A stretch of 64,000 bases of DNA from Octopus sinensis (GCF_006345805.1 NC_043000.1:1116001-1180000), one strand, 5' to 3'. Positions 23,719 to 36,843 are shown, counted from the first letter of the stretch. Numbers and translations are program-made. Notes: generated by a model from the sequence alone, not told the origin.

Positions 23719-24723
23719 TGCACACATTATATATATATATATATGTATATATATATGTGTGTGTGTGTGTGTGCACGCATTATATATACAAATGTATACA
23801 AATGAGATATATATCTGTATAAATTAAATTAGAGATAAAACCACTAATAAGCAAATCAAACAGTGAAAAACCAAAAACAAAAACATTTTAAAAAATATAA
23901 TATAGAAAATATATAAAATATAAAATTGAAAAATTTAAATTATTTAATTGAAAATAAAAATTATTAAATTATATTTATAATTTGTTTAAAAATATATATA
24001 ACTATGAAAAAGTATGAAAAGGTTTAATATACATAAATACAGATATATACACTTTGTATATATACATTATATATACATATTTATATATAGAACACACACA
24101 CATACATTATATATACATATAATTTTATATAGAACACACACACACACACATACATTATATATACATATTTATATATAGAACACACACACACACACACACA
24201 TATAAATGAACGCAATAATATCTGATTCATAATATTTGTGCTCATGCTCGTGTGTTGTTGGTGACAGACAGATACATAAAAGAACGCCGAAGTGATGGGA
24301 AGGTAGGAAACAGAGAGAGTGAAAAAGAGAGGAAATAGCGAGTGTGAGTTTAAGAAAACAGGTACTTTAAATAACGGTAGTGGAATTGTCAAAGTTATAT
24401 ATGAAGGGGAGTGAGAGGGGAATGTAGGAAATAGCGGAAGATGGCCCCTAGCAACCACACCTTTTAAGATAGGGATTTCTAAGGTAGCCCACGGGCATCG
24501 TCACCTCATTCCACGTGTCCCTGTAAATTTTGGAGCGAATTGAGTAAATTTTGTAGTGGCATTGAAAGCGATCCAAGCGGTAAAAACGCATTTCAGTTTT
24601 ATATATAGAGATAGCATAATATACTATGAATAAAATATAACATAATATAACATTAATTATTAAAACATCAAAAGGCTAACAATTTATTTCGACTTATATA
24701 CATTTTTTATATATAAACAATTC

Positions 24724-25936
24724 GGATCTTTTCCTTTTGAACGGCAGTTTTCAACACAATTTCTAGTTAACTAGACACTTTTAAACTTCGTATATTGGTA
24801 GAATGTGTTTACAAAACATCATTTTTTCTTGGCTTTATTGAGACAATTCTATATGATCGAGCTTTTCGGCAATTTTAACCAGTCAAATACGTCCATTTGG
24901 AGTCAAAACATACCGTGCTGTATGAAAATGTCCTCGTTTAAGAAACAAGATTGGGTCTATTTACATTTGCGAAGAAAAAAAGATACCCTTCCCCCACCCC
25001 TAACCCTAAAATAGATTGAAATGCAATAGATCGATACTAGGGCCATAATTATGGGTGACAATTTCATACGACACCGCTAGAAATAAATCCCATTTTCCGT
25101 AGCGGTGTCGTATGAAATTGTCACCCATAATTATGGCCCAAGTATCGATCTATTGCATTTCAATCTATTTTAGGGTTAGATTTAGTTAGAGTTATGGTTA
25201 GGGTTAGGGGTGGGGGAAGGGTATCTTTTTTTCTTCGCAAATGTAAATAAACCCAATCTGTTTCTTAAACGAGGACATATTCATACAGCACGGTATGTTT
25301 TGACTCCAAATGGACGTATTTGATTGGTTAAAATTGCCGAAAAGCTCGATTTTAAAGTGGAAATATGTTACAACATATTGTATTTACTCAATAAAGCCAA
25401 GAAAAAAATGATGTTTTATAAACACATTCTACCAGTATACGAAGTTTAAAACTGTTTAGTTAACTAGAAATTGTGTTGACATATGCCGTTCAAAAGGAAA
25501 AGATCCCAAATATCTTACAAACTATAGAATTTTCTCAATAAAGCCAAGAGAAAAAGATGTTTTATAAACACATTCTACCAGTATACGAAGTTTAAAATTT
25601 TTTAGTTATCTAGAAATTATGTTAAAAACTGCCGTTCAAACCGAAAAGATCCGATATTTGTTGTTTTTTTTTTCTTCAATTTCTGCAATTTCAACCAATC
25701 ACTGACGTCTATTGAGGTAATTAACATTTTGTGCCGTATGAATATGTCCCTCGTTTAAGAAACAGATTGGGTTTATTTAAATTTGTGAAGAAAAAAAGAT
25801 ACCCTTCCCCCCCCACCCCTAACCCTAACCCTAAAACAGATTGAAATGCAATAGATTGATACTAGGGTCATAATTATGGGTGACAATTTCATATGATACC
25901 GCTAGAAAAAAACTGCCGTTCAAACCGAAAAGATCC
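24724..25936. mobile_element. Fold-back element containing TTAGGG/CCCTAA repeats
   Basis: Arm 24724-25079 reverse-complements 25100-25506; extra partial copies at ~25537-25653 and ~25735-25936. Confidence 0.85.
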
Positions 25937-26165
25937 TTACTATTTTTTTAGATGTAACCGGATTTGAAGTTGCTTAAATAAAGATTAGTATTCGTGTATT
26001 ATGGGAGGGAGAACTCTGTAAAAAAATTAAGTAATAAAAACAGAGTATTAAGGAATGCTCACGATAAAACAATTAATATTATTATTTTAAGATTAAATGA
26101 TTATAGATAGTACATATCCAAATTTTATTAATTCTTTCAGAATTAACAAAATAATAATGCAAGTT

Positions 26166-26471
26166 ATCTTTATATATAAAATTGAAGTTGTGTGTGTGAG
26201 ACTCTGTCTCCACCGATTTAGATTTCTAACTACTCCCACATTTTGCGGTGCAGTTTAACCAAAAGCGGGTATCTTATAGTTGTCATTCATATCGAGCCCT
26301 TCTGGGTATTAGCGCACGTCTACAATGAGTCTACGATTTAAAAAAAAATTACCATGATTTTCCACCTTTTTAATAATATTTGCTCGGGTTATATAAGGGA
26401 AGTAACTCTCAAAAATGCTTATATAGTTATTTCCCTTACAAACCCAAGCAACGCCGGGCGATACTGCTAGT
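26166..26471 (-). mobile_element. HINE/Helentron-associated element
   Basis: Minus 5' end actagcagtatcgcccggcgttgc; homologous to the 58209 copies. Confidence 0.75.
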
Positions 26472-26609
26472 AAACTATACAATAGTAGTTATTTTAGTTA
26501 TTAAATTTATTAATTAAATCAAATAAAACTATTTATCTATTATTATCATTATTATAATTATTGTCAATTAATAAAAATGAATGTATTTATACATATATTC
26601 ATTTAATTT

Positions 26610-26659
<50 letters not shown>

Positions 26660-27667
26660 TGTGTTTGTGTGCATATATGGGTACAGGACGTCACCAGCTG
26701 TGTAAACAACATGAAATACGAAAACAACTTCAGATGCTGAAAGCATGGAATGTTTACATTCTAACACTACAAGGCTTTCTTATATATGATATATATGCTT
26801 TCAGCGTTTGGGGTAAAAAAAAAAAGCAAAGAAAAGTCTTTGGATGATCGTTTCATAGTTTGTTGACCACTCATCAGAGAAGTCGGACCCGATTTCCTTC
26901 CCCAATTAATAATATGAAACATTCAACTCTTATATAAAGAAGTGAGAAACTGATCTTTTCCTGCAAACTTAATTTACATATTTGTGCTTTAGACGGATAG
27001 TTATTAATTAAACAGTGTCTATTTTATGCGCAACATAGCATGAATCAGAAAAACTGAAGTAAATTTATCAGAAATCCTCGTTGTGAATGGAAAATATAAG
27101 AATGTAAATTTTCATTCCTTTTTTATGCTTTTGATATGCGGGAAAAAAGGTGAAAACTTCTGACGAACCATTTTGCAGTTCATTGACTGCTCTTCAGAAG
27201 AGATATACCTGATTTTCTTCACCAATCGATAGCACATGTTATTCAGCTGCTAAATAAAGTAGTCATGAATTGAACTATCGCCAGAGCAGATAATCTAATT
27301 TGCATAAGTGTTCTTTAGACGACATATCATGAATTAAGCGGTGTATATTATGCAGTACACTGTGAGAATCAAAGGGACTGAAAAAAAAAACTTTAAAGCC
27401 TAGCTTTTATAGGAAATTAATGTAATATAAACAATTTAGTACAATACTTTTGATGCATGGTAAAAAGGAGTCCTGACGGACTGTTTCACCGTTAGTTGGC
27501 CACTCCTCAGGGAAGATATATCTGATTGCCCTCCACATTTGATAGCATAGAATATTGAGGTATGATATAAAGCATTTAGAAATTAATCTGTTACCCTAGG
27601 AACAAGATTAGTTTGAATATTTGCATTCTAATATTTGAATTAAATTTAGGCTCTGTTGTACATAATA

Positions 27668-27703
<36 letters not shown>

Positions 27704-27915
27704 TGTATGTATGTATGTATGTATGTATGTATTGTTTAAGTACTACACGAATATACAAGTTAAGCTTTTTACTTATACCTAACCACTTCCGTAGCAGTAG
27801 CCAAAACGAGAGAGCTTCAGACAAAATATGTCTGATGTCATATCTTTCTTTTCTCTTAGAATGTACCAGAACATCAACAACAGCAACAATGCTATAATAA
27901 ATTAAAATGCGTGTT

Positions 27916-27950
<35 letters not shown>

Positions 27951-28384
27951 TTGTCTCTCTGTGCGTGTGGAAGGGGTACATTTCGTTGAACAAGTATGAT
28001 AAATAGAACTCAATACATGAATATGAGAATATATATATATATAGTGTGTGTGTGTGTGTGTTAGTGTGTGTATGTACACTCACCACACATACACACATAC
28101 ATAGAAATTGTTATGTTAGAAAGCGTAAGCCATGTTTGATCTTACAACACCCGTCTATGTCACTTATGACGCTGATAGATATCTCTTGCTTGAAACAGAG
28201 GAGACTTTCTACTTTGTTAACACTGACATTACACCTACACGTCTACAAGCAGTAAATATATCTTGTCAAAGTTAACAAGGCTGAATGTAAAATGTGGAAT
28301 GTGTAAAGTAGCCGATATGTTTCGTTGTATCTATTTGTAGTAATATGTCTATTATTGCCACAATAATTTTTCTTTTATCTCTTA

Positions 28385-28662
28385 ATTGTTTTAAAGTCAT
28401 TGGACTGCGGCTATGCTGGGGCATTGCCTTGAAGAGTTTTAGCTGAACGAATTGATTCCAGTACTTTTTTATTTTAAACATGTTGCTCATTTGATCGGTC
28501 ATCTTTGCTGAACTGTTAAATTATGGAGACGTAAACAAACCTCCACTGGTTGTCAAGTGGTGGTGGTGGTGATGATGGGACAAACCCAAACCCAAACACA
28601 CATAGATACACATATATATAAACACAAATGTTTGCACACACACACACGCACGCACACACACG

Positions 28663-28707
<45 letters not shown>

Positions 28708-28830
28708 GTATACATATATAGAAATATGTGTGTATGTATATATGTATGTATACATGTGTGTATGTATGTATGTATGTATATATATATATATATATACACT
28801 TACATATATACATATATATATTTGTCTGTA

Positions 28831-28878
<48 letters not shown>

Positions 28879-28905
28879 TATGTGTATATTTATTTACAAA
28901 CACAG

Positions 28906-28976
<71 letters not shown>

Positions 28977-29198
28977 CACATATATATATTTATATGTATG
29001 TTGGTACATACATATGTATATATGTATATACGACAGATTCCTTTCAGTTCCTATCAACCAAACCAATTCAGATGCTGAAGGCATGGGATATGTTGGCCCA
29101 AGGATATATAATAAACGATTTTCTCAAGATGGCTCACAGTGGAGTTGAACCTGAAATTATATGGTTGGGCAGTAAGCTTCTTTACCACACAGTCATGC
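28385..29198 (-). mobile_element. Old dominant-family SINE with ~400 bp of internal (CA)/(TA) expansion
   Basis: Tail near 28390 and head near 29190 flank the microsatellites. Confidence 0.7.
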
Positions 29199-29258
29199 TT
29201 TAAATTTTGACTGTATCTGGAAAACATGTATTTTCATATAACCTTTCTTCAACATTAT

Positions 29259-29647
29259 TACTCTCTTTTACTCTTTTACTTGTTTCAGTCATTTGACTGC
29301 GGCCATGCTGGAGCACCGCCTTTAGTCGAGCAAATCGACCCCAGAGCTTATTCTTTGTAAGCCCAGTACTTATTCTATCAGTCTCTTTTGCCGAACCGCT
29401 AAGTGACGGGGACGTAAACACACCAGCATCGGTTGTCAAGCAATGCTAGGGGGACAAACACAGACACACACATACATATATACGACAGGCTTCTTTCAGT
29501 TTCCGTCTACCAAATCCACTCACAAGGCATTGGTCGGCCCGAGGCTATAGTAGAAGACACTTGCCGAAGGTGCCACGCAGGGGGACTGAACCCGGAACCA
29601 TGTGGTTGGTAAGAAAGCTACTTACCACACAGCCACTCCTGCGCCTA
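29259..29647 (-). mobile_element. Dominant SINE, full length
   Basis: Reverse complement of the 12617 copy. Confidence 0.92.
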
Positions 29648-29904
29648 TTATGTTGGTTTCTGGTATTACTGCAATCAAGCCCCAGAGTGGGTTGTTTTAT
29701 TTTCTTTTATGCTTACCTCACAGGTCTGCAAGGTAGGGCAGTGGTACTTCTAGCTGTCACAGGTCCTCGAAGACCAGTGAGCGAGACACCATTAATGTTC
29801 CATCTAAACTATTGCAAGTCAACACCTGAAGGTAAGACATGAGCGCGGAAGTAATTCCAGACATATTGGAGAGGAAGGTATGAGATAAATGGTTCATGTA
29901 GGCT

Positions 29905-30535
29905 TCAGGGTTTTGGGGGCAAAAACCATGTGTGATAATAGGAGAAAAGATGCAACATCCGTTCTACATTCTTCCATCGATTTTCAAACATTTTTACAGT
30001 CAGGCATTTTCTCTCCAACCCTATCTTCCTTTTAAGGTGAAAGGTGAAATAATTCACCAAGTTACGGCCGGGGATGAAAGTGCCTGACTTTAATCCTTTC
30101 AGCCTTGTCTTCCAAATCACCTCTCTTGCAATTTCTACTACAATGAGAAAACAATTCTTACCTTCTTTCGAAAGGAAATCAGGTGGGTCAATTTTTACTA
30201 TAGATTCGAGTACTTGACAACAGTTGTTCGGCATAAACCCACACATCTGACACCTCCGAACACTGAACAATAGCATGCGGGACGGTTTCCCTATCCCGCT
30301 CACATATTGAACAGGTTGAAGGGCTGCTGCCTCCATGCCTTGCGAGCTTATCCTGAACAGGTAAGGCTCCTCAGTAACACTGCCATGCTAGAAACTTCTG
30401 AAAGTTGTCCAGGGTCTTCGGCCCGAATGTACGTCGGAACAGACTGGCCAGCTGATTATCGTCGAGACCTAGGGTCTCTCCCAAGGTATCGTCATATCTC
30501 ACCTCTACAAGCTCCCAAATGCAGACACCTTTTAA
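29905..30535 (-). mobile_element. Tx1-like LINE ORF2 C-terminal relic
   Basis: zf-RVT-like LAWQCY*GALPVQDKL..HG..C..C..ETVPHA, then AREVIWKTRLKG...FHLKRKIGLER. Confidence 0.8.
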
Positions 30536-30750
30536 AGAGTGGCAGAAAAACGTTTATCATAAGTTAGACGTATGATTCTCAACCATTTTTTGCCTATGAA
30601 CCCCTTCGATTTCTATTTTCCTCTACTGGATTTCTATAGCCATTTGATGTATATAAAAAGATCTTACTGTATTTTTATAATTAGACGTTACTGGGAAGTG
30701 TATTTCGAAAAAGATAAATATTTTGTGTGTTGTAGAAGTATAAGCAGTTT

Positions 30751-31032
30751 ATTTACTCTTTTACTTGTTTCAGTCATTTGACTTCGGCCATGCTGGAGCA
30801 CCACCTTTAGTCGAGCAAATCGACCCCAGTCATTTGTTCCCCCAACGTTGCTTAACAACCGATGCTGGTGTGTTTACAGCCCCGTAATTTAGCTATTCGG
30901 CAAAAGTGACCAATAGAATAAGTACTAGGCTTACAAAGAATAAGTCCTGGGGTCAATTTATTCAACTAAAAAGGTGGTACTCCAGCATGGCCACAGCTAA
31001 ATGACTGAAACAAGTAAAAGAGTAAAAGAGTA
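30751..31032. mobile_element. Dominant SINE 3' halves in inverted arrangement
   Basis: Minus-strand tail ~30751-30828 joined to a plus-strand 3' half ~30830-31032. Confidence 0.7.
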
Positions 31033-31042
31033 CACTCACAGC

Positions 31043-31225
31043 TACTACTACTACTACTACTATTACTGCTACTGCTGCTGCTGCTGTTACTGCTGCTGCT
31101 GCCATCGCAACCACCACCAAAACCACCACCACCACCACTACTACAACTACTACTACTACTACTACTACTACTACTGCTGCTGCTACCACCACCACCACCA
31201 CCACCACCACTACTACTACTACTAC

Positions 31226-31259
<34 letters not shown>

Positions 31260-31262
31260 TAA
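31043..31262. repeat. Compound (CTA)(CTG)(CAC)(TAA) trinucleotide repeat
   Basis: Direct reading. Confidence 0.95.
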
Positions 31263-32225
31263 TTCTTTTTATTGGCCACAAGGGCTGACACACATGATTA
31301 GAAAACATAAAGGGACAAAACAGGACGAAAGGTTACAAAGGGTTTTGTCCGTTTGTGAAAAAATCGTGTAAAAACAGTTTAACAATCAAATAATATAACA
31401 ACGAAAAACTCCCAATAGGGGGAGGCGTTTCGAAAGGTTCCTGGTGGAAAAACCCATAAAAGCCAACGGGATCCTGGTCAAAAGGTGGGTAGAGAGCCCC
31501 TTTCTCCTTTTATAATACCTTTTTCAATTACAGGCGAAACCTGAGAATTGGTCCATTTATACTGGCCATTCTTGCACAATTCACCCACCTTTCAGAATAC
31601 TTGCTATCGGACAGCACTCTCCTCTCTAACCTCATCTTCCTTTTCAAGTGAAACTTGAAAAAGTTGATGAGGCCTTGACCATAGAGGAAAGTGTCTGACT
31701 TTAGCCCTTTCAAACAGGTCTACCATACAACCTCTTTCGCCACAGCCACTAGGCACATGAAAACGGCCTTGCCCTCCTTGTTAAAGGAGGTCGGCGGGGC
31801 AATCTTCACTATGGATTCAGCTGATAGCCGGATCCGTCCTATACGCGACATAAACCCATAGTTCGACATAAACCCATAGTTCAGCAATACTCAGGCACTG
31901 GACGAGTGCGTGCAGAACGGTTTCGTCGTCCTGGCAACACCTCGGGCAGGCTCGGCTGACGGCACTTCCGTGCCGGTAGAGTTTATCCTGAACAGGCAGA
32001 GCCTCTCGGTAGCACTGCCAGGCGAGCGAATTCTGGAAATTATCCATTGGCCCCGGCCCGAAAGTCCTTCCGAACAGACCGCTCAGTTCATTATCATCAA
32101 CGCCTAGAGTTTCCCCGAGAACGTCGTCGCATTTTTCCTCCACTATCCCTCTATAGAACGCTAGAGTGGAACTAAAACCGATCGCATTGCCCGCTTGGCG
32201 GAGGGCGGAGAGAGCTTGACGGCAC
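31262..32225 (-). mobile_element. Tx1-like LINE 3' ~1 kb, ending at (TAA)n
   Basis: LAWQCYREALPVQDKLYRHG..CPRC..DETVLHALVQC (zf-RVT-like), FHLKRKMRLER; 3' end gtcagcccttgtggccaataaaaag. Confidence 0.85.
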
Positions 32226-32243
32226 TATAACAATAATGATGAT

Positions 32244-32648
32244 AGGCGCAGGCGTGGCTGTGTGGTAAGTAGATTTCTTCCCAACCACATTGTTCCGGGT
32301 TCAGGCCCACTGCGTGGCATCTTGGGCAAGTGTCTTCTACTATAGCCTCGGGCCGACCAAAGCCTTGTGAGTGGATTTGGTAGACGGAAACTGAAAGAAG
32401 CCCGTCGTATATATGTATATATATATATATGTGTGCGTGTATGTTTGTGTGTCTGTATGTAACCCCCTAGCATTGCTTGACAACCGATGCTGGAGTGTTT
32501 ACGTCCCCGTTACTTAGCGGTTCGGCAAAAGTGACCGATAGAATAAGTACTGGGCTTACAAAAGAATAAGTCCCGGGGTCGAGTTGCACGATTAAAGGCG
32601 GTGCTCCAGCATGGCCGCAGTCAAATGACTGAAACAAGTAAAAGAGTA
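32244..32648 (+). mobile_element. Dominant SINE, full length
   Basis: Matches 12617-13030. Confidence 0.92.
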
Positions 32649-32817
32649 TAATAATAATACTGCTGTTGCTAATACTACTGTTGCAGCATCAGATTCTGTT
32701 TCTCTGAATTCGCTACCATCGAAGAATCTTTACACCAGAACGTCTAATGCACCCCACCCCACCCACATTTCCTTTTTTCATCATTCTATCAAACTCTCTC
32801 CATCCCTCTTTCTCTCT

Positions 32818-32886
<69 letters not shown>

Positions 32887-33028
32887 CTTGTCTCTGTGTG
32901 TCTTTCTCTTTCTCTCTCTGACCTTCTTAATCCAGCGCTAAACATATACCCGCAAAATCTAACACCCCCCCTCTGGAATGTCATCCCTGACTTTTCATTA
33001 TAGGTCCCGACTGAATTCTAGTTGTTGT

Positions 33029-35454
33029 TACATTATGTACATTATTTACATTATTTACATTATTTACAATATGTATATTATTTACATTATTTACATTATT
33101 TACATTATTTACATTATTTACATTATGTACATTAGTTACATTATGTACATTATTTACATTATTTACATTATGTACATTATTTACATTATTTACATTATGT
33201 ACATTATTTACATTATTTACAATATGTATATTATTTACATTATTTACATTATTTACAGTATTTACATTATTTACAGTATTTACATTATGTACATTATTTA
33301 CATTATGTACATTATTTACAGTATTTTCATTATATACATTATTTACATTATTTACATTATGTACATTATGTACATTATTTACATTATGTACATTATTTAC
33401 ATTATTTTCATTATATACATTATTTACATTATTTACATTATTTACATTATGTACATTATTTACATTATTTACATTATGTACATTATTTACATTATTTACA
33501 TTATGTACATTATTTACATTATGTACATTAGTTACATTATGTACATTATTTACATTATTTACATTATGTACATTATGTACATCATTTACATTATGTACAT
33601 TATTTACATTATTTACATTATTTACATTATGTACATTATTTACATTATGTACATTATGTACATTATTTACATTATTTACATTATGTACATTATTTACATT
33701 ATTTACATTATGTACATTATGTACATTATTTACATTATTTACATTATTTACATTATGTACATTAGGTACATTATTTACATTATTTACATTATTTACATCA
33801 TGTACATTATTTACATTATGTACATTATTTACATCATGTACATTATTTACATTATTTACATTATTTACATTATGTACATTATGTACATTATTTACATTAT
33901 GTACATTATGTACATTATTTACATTACGTACATTATGTACATTATTTACATTATTTACATTATTTACATTATATACATTATTTACATTATTTACATTATG
34001 TACATTATGTACATTACTTACATTATTTACATTATTTACATTATTTACATTATTTACATTATTTACATCATGTACATTATTTACATTATGTACATTATTT
34101 ACATTACGTACATTATGTACATTATTTACATTATTTACATTATTTACATTATATACATTATTTACATTATTTACATTATGTACATTATGTACATTACTTA
34201 CATTATTTACATTATTTACATTATTTACATTATGTACATTATTTACATTATTTACATTATTTACATTATTTACATTATTTACATCATGTACATTATTTAC
34301 ATTATGTACATTATGTACATTATTTACATTATGTACATTATTTACATTATTTACATTATTTACATTATTTACATTATTTACATTATGTACATTATTTACA
34401 TTATGTACATTATTTACATTATTTACATTATGTACATTATTTACATTATTTACATTATGTACATTATGTATATTATTTACATTATTTACATTATTTACAT
34501 TATGTACATTATTTACATTATTTACATTATTTACATTATGTACATTATTTACATTATTTACATTATGTACATTATTTACATTATTTACTTTATGTACATT
34601 ATTTACATTATTTACATTATTTACATTATGTACATTATTTACATTATTTACATTATTACATTACTTACATTATTTACATTATTTACATTATTTACATTAT
34701 TTACATTATGTACATTATTTACATTATTTACATTATTTACGTTATGTACATTACTTACATTATTTACATTATTTACATTATGTACATTATTTACATTATT
34801 TACATTATTTACATTATTTACACCATGTACCTTATTTACATTATGTACATTATGTACATTATTTACATTATGTACATTATTTACATTATTTACATTATTT
34901 ACATTATTTACATTATTTACATTATGTACATTATTTACATTATTTACATTATGTACATTATTTACATTATTTACATTATGTACATTATTTACATTATTTA
35001 CATTATTTACATTATGTACATTATTTACATTATTTACATTATGTACATTATTTACATTATTTACATTATTTACATTATGTACATTATTTACATTATTTAC
35101 ATTATTTACATTATTTACATTATGTACATTATTTACATTGTTTACATTATTTACATTATGTACATTATTTACATTATTTACATTATGTACATTATTTACT
35201 TTATTTACATTAGTTACATTATGTACATTATTTACATTATTTACATTATGTACATTATTTACATTATTTACATTATTTACATTATGTACATTATGTACAT
35301 TATTTACATTATTTACATTATTTACATTATGTACATTATTTACATTATTTACATTATTTACATTATGTACATTATTTACATTATTTACATTATGTACATT
35401 ATTTACATTATTTACATTATTTACATTATGTACATTATTTACATCATTTACATT
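33029..35454. repeat. ~2.4-kb array of 9-bp units (TACATTATT / TACATTATG, ~270 units)
   Basis: Direct reading; the two main variants alternate irregularly, with rare TACATTATA. Confidence 0.97.
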
Positions 35455-35487
35455 CGACGGTTATTTGTCCTCATCTTGTTTGTTGTT

Positions 35488-35533
35488 AACACAACATTTC
35501 GGCTGATATACCCTCCAGCCTTCATCAGGTGTC
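35488..35533 (-). ncRNA. Minimal hammerhead ribozyme (family A), left arm
   Basis: Minus: gacac-CTGATGA-a-ggctg(gagggtatat)cagcc-GAAA-TGTT-gtgtt. Confidence 0.75.
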
Positions 35534-35551
35534 GTCATTGTTGTTGTTTGT

Positions 35552-35584
<33 letters not shown>

Positions 35585-35614
35585 GTTTTGTTGTTGTTGT
35601 TGTTGTTGTTGTTT

Positions 35615-35690
35615 TTCAGGTCACTGCCTGGAATCAAACTCGGAATTTTGGGGTTAGTAGCCTGCGCTCTTAACCACTCCGCGATATTCC
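35615..35690 (-). mobile_element. tRNA-derived head of the hammerhead element
   Basis: Box A TCGCGGAGTGG, loop CTACTAA, box B-like AGTTTGATTCC; its 3' half recurs inverted at 35691-35717. Confidence 0.65.
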
Positions 35691-35812
35691 AAGTTCTATT
35701 CCAGGCAGAGACCTGAATATTAATAATAATAATAATAATAATAATAATTAATGATAATAATGATATCGAAAAATACCTTAGGAATGAGAACCCAGGTCTG
35801 AAATTTTCCAAA

Positions 35813-35858
35813 GACACCTGATGAAGGCTGGAGGGTATATCAGCCGAAACGTTGTGTT
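35813..35858 (+). ncRNA. Minimal hammerhead ribozyme (family A), right arm
   Basis: gacac-CTGATGA-a-ggctg...cagcc-GAAA-CGTT-gtgtt; palindromic AACGTT stem III. Confidence 0.8.
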
Positions 35859-36284
35859 AACAACAAACAAGATGAGGACAAATATCTGTCAATTGTATAT
35901 AATGTAAATAATGTACATAATTCATCATCTCTTAAATATAGAACTATCTAGTTGTTGTTGTTACTGTTTATAATGATGATGATGTTTTTGTTGTCCTTCT
36001 TTGTCATCTTCTTTTTCCTCCATTTCCTCCTCTTCCTTTTTCTTTGATTAATCAATAAGACAATGTTTTCTTGGTTTACCTCTACCACTAATTAACAAGT
36101 CTTTGATTTACCTTCTCCACAATTACTTTCCACCCTCACCACCACCAATTAACGAATCTTTGATCCACCCCCACCTCAGCTACAAACCATCAATTACCAA
36201 GTCTTTGATTTACCTTCATCTCAGTTACCTAGCAACACCATCATCACTAATTGCTAAGTCTTTGGTATGCCTCCACCATTACTA

Positions 36285-36843
36285 TTGGGTTGTCCGGAAA
36301 GTTCATGCCGATTTTTAAAGGAAAGAAAAAGCTCAATAAATACTTGCCATTACATTTTTAATCAACCAAATATGAACCATTTTGTTGCACAATGTGTCTC
36401 CATCTTTCCTTTAATTTGAAAATACCCTCTTCCCAGAATTGAGATGGTTTCATGGCAAAGAATTCATCAAGGTATCTTTTTATGTCATCCAAGGAATTGA
36501 AATTTTTACCATTTAGACTATTCTGCAGAGACTTGAATAAGTGGAAATCCGAAGGGGCAATATCTTGTGAATATGGAGGGTGGGGTAACACATCCCAGCC
36601 GAGCTGCAGCAATTTTTGTTTGGTTCTTAAAGCATCAAGTGCCGAAAATGAACTTTCTTCTCTTCCATTTTAAAGGGTTACAGAATTAACACAGGTTATA
36701 GGAACATAAACCTTCTTCCACGAAACGATAGCTTAAACTAAATGGAGGTGTAGTCAAACCCTATTTTATGGACTTAACCATGTTCTAAAATAAGTCGAAA
36801 GGTAAGCTACTATAAATCGGCATGAACTTTCCAGACCACCAAA
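36285..36843 (-). mobile_element. Internally deleted mariner
   Basis: TIRs ttgggttgtccggaaagttcatgccgattt, TA flanks; HPPYSQDIAPSDFHLF motif. Confidence 0.92.

Noticed and set aside
26845-26890. Minus-strand CTGATGAG...GAAACGATC motif
   Set aside because: Stems I and III do not pair.
27475-27515. Minus-strand CTGAGGA...GAAACAGTC motif
   Set aside because: Stems I and II are weak or absent; at best a decayed relic.
31001-31228. Poly-Tyr/Cys/His and poly-Val ORFs (also the His-rich ORF at 45761-46048)
   Set aside because: Trinucleotide microsatellite translations.
32978-35673. 842-aa and 321-aa ORFs
   Set aside because: Stop-free frames of the 9-bp array (IIY/TLF repeats); no coding signature.
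35615-35690. Functional tRNA gene
   Set aside because: Acceptor and anticodon stems do not pair fully; box B is altered; followed by (AAC)n.
36055-36280. Four loose repeats of aattaacaagtctttgatttacc
   Set aside because: Irregular spacing and low identity; best seen as an old decayed minisatellite.
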